NCBI GenBank assembly: GCA_963762145.1
Contig: CAVXJS010000022.1
Span: 73,885-137,884 of the forward strand
Origin: an uncultured Candidatus Rokubacteria bacterium
GTDB lineage: Bacteria; Methylomirabilota; Methylomirabilia; Rokubacteriales; CSP1-6
Length of the DNA stretch: 64,000 bases
Direction: 5' to 3'
The notes below the pieces were generated by a model. That model saw only the letters and a list, made by a program, of their open reading frames with translations, searched no databases and was not told the origin of the DNA. This document shows, in pieces, positions 57,429 through 64,000 of this stretch (positions are counted from its first letter, which is position 1; each line of letters starts with the position of its first letter). The position numbers and the translations under genes were made by a program.

Positions 57429-58349
57429 TTGAGCATTGTCGCCGGTGTCCTCGCCCTGCTCGCGGTCATGCTCCCGGCTCCCGCGAGCGCCGCCGAAGAG
57501 CGCGCGGTGCTCACGATGGTCAGCCACAACGTGCTCCACGGCGGCCCCTGGTCGGGGTTCGCCGGAGACGGTCAGCAGCTCGAGCGTCGCATGGCCCTGA
57601 TCGCGGACGAGCTGGCCTCTCTCCGCCCCGACGTGGTCGCGCTCCAGGAAGCCGCGGTGAGCCGGCGGCTCGGCGACGTGACCGCGCGCCTCGCCCGACG
57701 CCTCGGCTATCATCACGTGCACGCGCCGGCCACGTCCTACGTCTTCGGCGAAGGGATCCTGAGTCGGCTGGTCGTCGGGGCGCTAGGCTTTCGCGAGGGC
57801 CCGGCCATCCTCAGCCGCTTTCCGATCCTCGAGTCCGAAGTCTACGAGCTGCCTCGCTGCCAGAACCGACTCGATCCGCGCGTGCTGCTTCGCGCGCGGC
57901 TCGACACGCCCTGGGGCCGGATCGACGTCTTCTCCGCCCACATCTGGCGCGACGAGTGCCAGGCGCGACGCGTGACCGCCCTGGTCGCGGCAAGTCGCAA
58001 CGGGTTGCCCTCCGTCCTCATGGGCGATTTCAACGCCGTGGAGTCGTCGCCGGCGATCCGAGCCATGACCGGGGAGGCCGGCTTCATCGATGCGTATCGG
58101 CGCGCCAACCCGGACGCACGAGGGGCCACGGTGTGGCAACGGATCGACGCGCCGGAGTCGACGGCCCGCCGGCGGATCGACTACATCTTCCTGGTGCCGG
58201 GTCTCGCCTTCGCGGGCGACGTGGCGGCGAGCCGGATCGTTCTCGACGCCCCGCACCACCTGCCCGACGGCACCACGCTGTGGCCCTCCGACCACTACGG
58301 CGTCCTGGCCGAGCTGGTCGTCTCCGGGATCGGTCGTGGCTCCCCGTAA
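57429..58349 (+). CDS. secreted endonuclease/exonuclease/phosphatase (EEP) family protein
   Basis: 306 aa (TTG start per the ORF track). Signal peptide, then SHNVLHGG, DVVALQE, LMGDFN and SDHYGV motifs. Confidence 0.85.
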   Translation: MSIVAGVLALLAVMLPAPASAAEERAVLTMVSHNVLHGGPWSGFAGDGQQLERRMALIADELASLRPDVVALQEAAVSRRLGDVTARLARRLGYHHVHAPATSYVFGEGILSRLVVGALGFREGPAILSRFPILESEVYELPRCQNRLDPRVLLRARLDTPWGRIDVFSAHIWRDECQARRVTALVAASRNGLPSVLMGDFNAVESSPAIRAMTGEAGFIDAYRRANPDARGATVWQRIDAPESTARRRIDYIFLVPGLAFAGDVAASRIVLDAPHHLPDGTTLWPSDHYGVLAELVVSGIGRGSP

Positions 58350-58551
58350 GCCGCCACGTGCGTCCGCCCGATAGTCAGCATCGGCAGGTATTTACGCTAC
58401 CCGCTAGGGTCCAGCAAGGGGATGGAGGCTCGGCCCGGCGGCCTTTTTTGCCATGACGGCGGTCTGGGTTATACTCAACGCCGCCTTACCGGCCGAGCCG
58501 TTCGGCTCGGCTTGACACCAAGCGAGACGAGGGGAGGTTGACCAGGGTCCC

Positions 58552-59650
58552 GTGGTGACACGATTCCTTGATTCGACGCGAGGACGGTTGCCGCGCGCGA
58601 TCGTGCTGCTGTTCCTGCTCCTGCTCGCAATGCCCGGACCGCTCGCGGCACAGGATGCTTCCTGGGGTCTGTCGCTCGCGCCCATGGACGATCTGTCGCT
58701 GTCGCCGGGCGAGCGCGCCAGACTCGAAGCGGCCGTGCGAGGAATACCGGTTGCTGCCCGACGAATCCCGGCGATTGCGAATCGTGGATGGCGTCCGCGG
58801 ACATCACGGCAGGCACTCCCTTCCGAATCGCGCAATCAGACGCCCGGATTGCGCAGGCGACCGACGCCGACCGCCGGCGGTGGAAGCCCGGCAGCCCAAC
58901 AAGCTGCTCGGGACGATCATCCCGTTCGCGTCGGTGGGGTTGGTGGCGGCCAACTCGCTGCTGGGTTACAGCGGGCATGAGCTTTCACGTCCCAACGAGC
59001 GCTGGTTCCAGTCCAACACGAGAGACGGCGGCGCGGACAAGGCCTCCCATTTCGCCGACTACTACATCGTGGCCAAGGAGGTCGCGTTCGTCTACGAGAA
59101 GATCGGCTACTCGGAGAACGCGGCGCGCTGGTTTGGATTCGGCGTGGCGGTCACCACCGGTCTGGCGAACGAGGTCTCCGACGGGTTCACGAGACACGGC
59201 TTCTCCTGGCAAGACCTCGCGATGGACGCGCGCGGGGCCGCGGCCGCGGTCCTGGTCTCGATGACCCGCACCGAGGACCTCCTGGGAGTCCGGACGTCGC
59301 ACATCCCGGGCGACACGTACACCCACGACGTCTACTCGGCCGATCTGAAGCTCGTCGGGCTGGAGCGCCGCCTCGGTATCAAGCTCGGGCCGCTGCGGTG
59401 GCTGAACTTCTCGGTCACCTACGGGACCAAGGGCTACCGGGTCACCCCCGAGACCGAGCATGCAGCGCCAGATCGGCCTCGAGATCGGCCTGAACCTTCA
59501 GCAGATCCTGAACGACGTGGGGGTGAAGCGGAACACGTGGTGGGGCTATGCGCTCCATCTCGTGGGCGACAACGTCCGGTTCCCCTACACCGCGTTCGGG
59601 ATGCGCTACGACTTGAACCACGGCAGATGGCGCGGCCCGAATACCGGTAA
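58552..59650 (+). pseudogene. hypothetical secreted/lipoprotein-like protein (DUF2279-like) split over at least 3 frames
   Basis: The signal peptide is in ORF 58552..58980. The core (…GGADKASHFADYYIVAKEV…LANEVSDGF…FSWQDLAMDARGAAAA…) is in ORF 58568..59650. The plausible C-terminus is in ORF 59460..59741 (switch near 59455). Family assignment is tentative. Confidence 0.4.
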
Positions 59651-59777
59651 TTATCCAGTAAGGACACGAAAGCCGGCGGCCGGCTGGCCTCGAGTCTCGC
59701 GACCGTCCCCGCGTCCCGAGTGCGAGCGCCGGGCCCGGTGACCTGCGAGGGCGCCCGTAAGCAGCCACCGCCACTGC

Positions 59778-61421
59778 ATGCTCTGGAATCGCACCTGGCT
59801 GCTGCTGGTGGGCGTATTCCTGGCGTTCAACCTGCTGCTCTTCAATCACGACATCTCGCTCTGGGACGACGACGAAGCCGCCTATGCGGGCTTCGCGCAG
59901 CAGATGCTCGAGTCCGGCGATTGGGTGAATCCGCAATTCCAATGGGCGGGGATTCACCGCAAGCCGCCCTTTCATTTCTGGACGGTCGCGATCAGCTTCA
60001 GCCTCTTCGGGGTCAACGAGTTCGCGTTGCGGTTGCCCTCGGTGCTGGCGGTCTGGCTCACCTGTGCCAGCCTCTGGTGGTTTGGCCGTCGGCTGTTCGG
60101 CGAGGATCGGGCGGCCTGGGCGGCTATCATTCTGGCGAGCTCTCTGGTCATCCCCCTCTTTGGCAAGGTGGCTCTCACCGATGCGACTCTTTTGATGTTT
60201 CAAACGACCGCCGTCCTGGGCCTGCTCAACTATCTCCACCAGCCCGCATCTCCGCTGGAACCTGCTGCTCTGGGCGAGCGTGGCGCTGGGGGTTCTCACC
60301 AAGGGACCGCCCATCCTGATCCTGATCGGCGGGCTCTGGGCGTGGCTGCTCGTGTTTCATCCGCAACGACGCAACCTGATCGGGACCCATCCGTGGCTGT
60401 TCTTGCCCCTTGCGTTGCTCCCGCTCGGGGCCTGGATGTACCTGTCCTGGCTGCGCGATGAAGGGCGTTTGCTCACGTTCCTGTACGAATGGTACGTGGT
60501 GAGAAGGGTCGGGGGCAGTGTCCTCGGCCAAACGGGTCCTCCCGGCTATCACCTGGTCGTCTTGCTGATCTCCTTTGCCGCCTGGCTCCCCTTCTTGGGG
60601 ATGGCCATCGGCGAGCGCCTTCGCACGTGGCGACAGCCCTGGTCGCCGAACCAGATCGCCCTGGCGGGTTGGATGGTTTTCGGTTGGCTGTTCTTCGAAC
60701 TGATGTCGAGCAAATCGCCTTCGTATGCTCTGGCCGCCCAACCGGCCTGGGCTCTGGCCATCGCTCCGCAGCTCTGCCGCCGCGTTCCGCTGTTTCCGCG
60801 GGCGTTCAAGGCGGCGATTGTCCTGCAGGCGCTGGTATGGCTGGGAATCGTCGGCGCCCTGTCGGTCTGCGCGTATCGGTTCATGGGCGCGCAGGTCGCT
60901 CTGGCCGGTCGGGATGTTGATCGTGGTGGCGGCGACGGCCGGTCTTTGCATGGGCAAGCACCTCTGGCAATCGCACCGTCTGGGTGGCGTCTGGGTCACC
61001 GTCTTTGCGATGTCGGTGTTCACGATGCTGATCACGGTGGTGGCCTGGGTGGTGGAGCCCTCTCCCATCAAGGCGATCAAGCCGATGGTGGAAACCGCCT
61101 ACCGGTGGGCGAAGGAGGACCGCACCATCCCGGTGTACTACACCGGCCTGCGCGTCAAGCAGAAGAGGAAGAGCCTGCCGGTATACCTCTCGCGGCGGTT
61201 TGAATCCCATCAAGAACTGACGCCCGATGCACGCGGCGGCGCGCTATCTGAGCCCGGCTCCCGCGCTGTTCATCCTCGGCACGGATAGGGACGAGTTCTT
61301 CCACGCGCTCAAGTTACGGCCGGAGGACATCCCGAGCCACCGACTGCAGCGCATCGACTGGCTATCGACCGACCGTCGGCCGCGGGCGCGTCCGTTCTGG
61401 TTGCTGCGGAACTTCGACTAG
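59778..61421 (+). pseudogene. ArnT/PMT-type (GT39/GT83) membrane glycosyltransferase with at least 3 frame disruptions
   Basis: LWDDDEAAYAGFAQQMLESGDWVNPQF…HRKPPFHFW N-terminus (ORF 59778..60461). It continues in ORFs 60280..61203, 60725..61288 and 61227..61421. Switches lie near 60250, 60905 and 61225. Confidence 0.75.
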
Positions 61422-61431
61422 CCGGCTGGCT

Positions 61432-62871
61432 TCAGGATCCCGGGCGTTCCGCGCTCTCCAGATACTCGGCGTCGATGTTGATATTCCACAGGTTGTAGGG
61501 GGACCCCGGCAGCTTGAGATAGTTCCGGGCGGCGAGCATTCCGCTGTAGGCCGAGTGATCCTGATTGTTGTACTTGTACATCCCGCCGCGTCCGATCGCG
61601 GACAGATTCTGGAGCTCGTTGAGCCGGTGTTTCAGGATCTCGTAGGGCCCCTGGAAGCCCATGTAGTAGGTGGGATAGCTCTCCGACTCCCTCACCACCC
61701 ACGCCCCTTCGATCTGACCCGGCGACAGCAGCTTCAACCGCGCGAGCTCTTCGCCCGCCAGCTCGACCAGCTCGCCGTCGGGTCGCTTCCACAGCTCCTC
61801 GTGCTGGAAGGTGAAGTACTCGACGCTCAGGGCGGTCCGGTCCGGCGCGGGGCTCATCGCGGGAGAGAAGTTGTTGTAGTTCGCGATCCGGGCCATCTGA
61901 ACGTCCGGTGAGTGGACGTAGATCCACTGATCGGGGAACGGGCTGCGTCCCGATACGAGCAGGTCGACGGTGACGTGCTCCCGATAGTAGAGCGCCTCCG
62001 CGGCCTTCATCACCTTCTCCGATTCCGTCGGATCGAGCATCTGGACGAAATGGGTCATGGGGAGGCTGCTGAAGAAGTGATTGGCCTGGATCCTCACCGG
62101 CTCCCCGCCGCCGGTTCGGACGTCCACCGAGACGATCCGATCGTTGGCCCGGTTGACCGAGACCACGCGGGCGCCGAGGAGGTACTCGACGCCCGCCCCC
62201 GCGGTTTGCTCGGTCATCGCCTCGTACATTTGCCCCGCTCCGCGCACGGGGTAGTCGAACCGGTCGACGAGGGTCTTCACCGTTCCCCGCGATCCGCCCA
62301 GGAGCGAATCCTTGAGGACCTTGACGATGTCCAGTCCCTTGATCCGCTGGGCCGCCCATTCGGCGCCGATCTGATGCCCGGGAATCCCCCAGACCTTCTC
62401 GGTATAGGTCTTGAAGAACGTGTCGTACAGCTTCCGGCCGAAGCGATCGGTTATCCAATCCTCGAACGTCAACGCCTCCCGCCGGCTCGAGAAGCGCGCC
62501 GAGACGAACGACAGGAGGGCATGGGTCGATTCCACGATGCCCAGCTTCGAGACGACGTCGAATGGCTTGATGGGATAGTGGAAGAACTTCTGCTTGTGGT
62601 AGATGCGGGTCAGGCGGTCGACGGGGCGGAAATCAGATCCGAGCGTGTCGTGCCATAGCTGATTGACCTCGGGATTCTTCGTGAAGAAGCGATGCGGGCC
62701 GACGTCGAAGCGGGCGTTCCCGAACTCCTCCGTGCGCGCCAGGCCGCCGACCACTGCGTTGCGATCGATGACCAGGATGTTGGTAACGCCATGCTTGACG
62801 AGCTCGACGGCCGCTCCGAGCCCCGCGGGGCCGGCTCCGAGGATGCAGCATTCATATGATCTGTCCGTCAT
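61432..62871 (-). CDS. NAD(P)/FAD-dependent oxidoreductase (amine-oxidase / UDP-galactopyranose-mutase-like fold)
   Basis: Intact 479-aa ORF. Dinucleotide-binding motif CCILGAGPAGLGAAVEL…VIDRNAVVGGLAR. Confidence 0.85.
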   Translation of the reverse strand: MTDRSYECCILGAGPAGLGAAVELVKHGVTNILVIDRNAVVGGLARTEEFGNARFDVGPHRFFTKNPEVNQLWHDTLGSDFRPVDRLTRIYHKQKFFHYPIKPFDVVSKLGIVESTHALLSFVSARFSSRREALTFEDWITDRFGRKLYDTFFKTYTEKVWGIPGHQIGAEWAAQRIKGLDIVKVLKDSLLGGSRGTVKTLVDRFDYPVRGAGQMYEAMTEQTAGAGVEYLLGARVVSVNRANDRIVSVDVRTGGGEPVRIQANHFFSSLPMTHFVQMLDPTESEKVMKAAEALYYREHVTVDLLVSGRSPFPDQWIYVHSPDVQMARIANYNNFSPAMSPAPDRTALSVEYFTFQHEELWKRPDGELVELAGEELARLKLLSPGQIEGAWVVRESESYPTYYMGFQGPYEILKHRLNELQNLSAIGRGGMYKYNNQDHSAYSGMLAARNYLKLPGSPYNLWNINIDAEYLESAERPGS

Positions 62872-63365
62872 GGATTCCTTTGTTTGAGCGGCATGCTATC
62901 AGGCCACGCGGCCCGGTCAAGCGCCGGGCGGAACGGCCGCATCCTCTCCGATCTTCTGCTCTGCTTGCAGTAAGCACAAGATGTGGGTTGACAGGTAGGA
63001 GGAGCCACGATAGGCTGCGGGCATCATTCAGACTGGACCGGAAACAGCGACTGCCTCAAGCGAGGGTATCTCGCACAGCCTCGGGCTGCCCACTCCCGCA
63101 TCCTCCGCCCTGGGCATCACCGCAGAAGCGCTGCTGCTCGAGCTGCGGAGTTCGCGCACCGACCTCGCGCGGCTGGTCGAGGCGGTGTGGCGCGATCACT
63201 TCATGGAGCTCGTGGTGCCCCAGCAGAGCGTGGACGCCTGGGAGCGACGGGAGCCCGAGTTGTGGCGGAAGGTCAGCGCCTGGCTGGCCGAGCGGGGAGT
63301 TCCGGTCCACCGGATCTAGCGGGGACACTCGTCTCCGCGTCGCAACCGTAGGTCGTAGGGATAAA

Positions 63366-63432
63366 TGGTCGGGGTGAGAGGATTTGACCCTTCGCCTCCC
63401 TGCTCCCAAAGGCGATTCGCGCTCCACCCGCC
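63366..63432 (-). other. degenerate tRNA-Pro(TGG)-like sequence (pseudo-tRNA or att remnant)
   Basis: The minus strand reads GGCGGGTGGAGCGCGAATCGCCTTTGGGAGCAGGGAGGCGAAGGGTCAAATCCTCTCACCCCGACCA. The 3' end CACCCCGACCA and the TTTGGGA anticodon-loop string recall tRNA-Pro. The D-arm is missing and the stems do not pair. Confidence 0.35.
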
Positions 63433-63503
63433 TCGTAAAAGCCTGAGTTTCCTAAGCCGTGCCCGCAGGGGCGGGGGCGGACTCTGCACAGAAACAACAC
63501 AGC

Positions 63504-63806
63504 ATGCGAGGGCTCGGCAGCGTCTATCAGCGTGGAGAAGTCTGGTGGGTGGTGCGGCTTCTGCGACACCGGCTGGCTGGCCTTAACCTTCGAGGACCTT
63601 GCGGCCCATTGCATCCAGGACCGCGAAGACGCGGCACCACGGGAGCATGCCTCCACTGGTCCAAGAGTCGCGTGGCGAACCTCAAGAGCTTCTTCGGAGG
63701 CGTGCGGGCCGCAGAAATCACGACTCACCGAATGCGGACACCCGAGACGAGTCAATGTGTCTCTCAAGGTAGACATGCTTGCCTGAAGGCCTACAAGAAG
63801 TCCTAG
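63504..63806 (+). pseudogene. N-terminal fragment of a tyrosine integrase (frameshifted)
   Basis: MRGLGSVYQRGEVWWV… is a typical integrase N-terminus. A later …LKSFFGGVRAAEITTHRM… segment is integrase-like. No catalytic domain is seen before the window end. Confidence 0.35.
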
Positions 63807-64000
63807 CGGACTCCCGCAGCGCGGGTGTAAGTTCACCCCCGCTTGGCCGTCCTCCGCCCGGTCCCTAACGCTCCGGGAAGGGAGGTTCATCGGGGTGCTC
63901 GATTCGGGAGATCGGTGGGATGGGTCAACAGAGGCCGGATGCGGTCATAAGGGGAGTTCCGTACAGAGGCGGTTTCGTTCTCTGCCTCCTCATCGTGACG

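Noticed and set aside
63014-63319. Open frame encoding ...GITAEALLLELRSSRTDLARLVEAVWRDHFMELVVPQQSVDAWERREPELWRKVSAWLAERGVPVHRI*
   Set aside because: The peptide looks protein-like, but no ATG/GTG/TTG start gives a product longer than ~40 aa, and no family was recognised. It may be another frameshifted gene. It was not called.

Overview
GC-rich (roughly two-thirds G+C by eye) bacterial chromosomal window. The many orphan solute-binding proteins ending in LGLTIPPSLLQRADQVIE resemble soil-metagenome lineages such as Rokubacteria/NC10, but that is inference only. No searches were run. All calls rest on reading the supplied translations and the DNA. CDS coordinates include the stop codon.

Layout:
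(i) 1-26.3 kb is core chromosome, almost all minus-strand operons. It holds a MaoC dehydratase, an isochorismatase-like hydrolase, a hydantoinase, an amidase and a LivFGMHK-type ABC importer. These are followed by an orphan DGQHR (DndB-like) protein behind a DnaA-box-like cluster, then greA, a second isochorismatase-like gene and ppiD. Next come an NCS2 purine permease, trmI, an MFS transporter, gcdH, an HD-domain hydrolase and a DegP-like protein without a catalytic triad. The block ends with rfbB-rfbC-rfbA, a rhodanese-MoeB/ThiF fusion interrupted by one in-frame TGA, a TPR protein and tRNA-Arg(TCT).
(ii) 26.3-56.1 kb is a ~29.8-kb integrative element bounded by a perfect 41-bp direct repeat that corresponds to the 5' half of the tRNA. 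It carries a tyrosine integrase, an Xis-like HTH, Prim-Pol, a DUF927-type helicase, and a polypurine tract with iteron-like repeats. It also carries an IS3-family and an IS481-family element, six copies or remnants of one orphan SBP family, and many gene fragments.
(iii) 56.2-64 kb holds a bestrophin-like channel, an EEP-family nuclease/phosphatase, a DUF2279-like protein, an ArnT/PMT-type glycosyltransferase, an FAD oxidoreductase, and a degenerate tRNA-Pro-like sequence next to an integrase fragment.

Frame disruptions are unusually dense, with about 10 between 18.3 and 22 kb. The cause may be indel errors or real gene decay; this cannot be decided from the sequence. No CRISPR array, rRNA or reverse transcriptase was seen. 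I could not identify a clear multi-gene novel system. The most unusual signals are the candidate selenocysteine codon in the MoeB-like gene, the reversed-polarity tRNA attachment site, the putative origin next to the primase-helicase module, and the orphan DGQHR gene behind the DnaA-box cluster.
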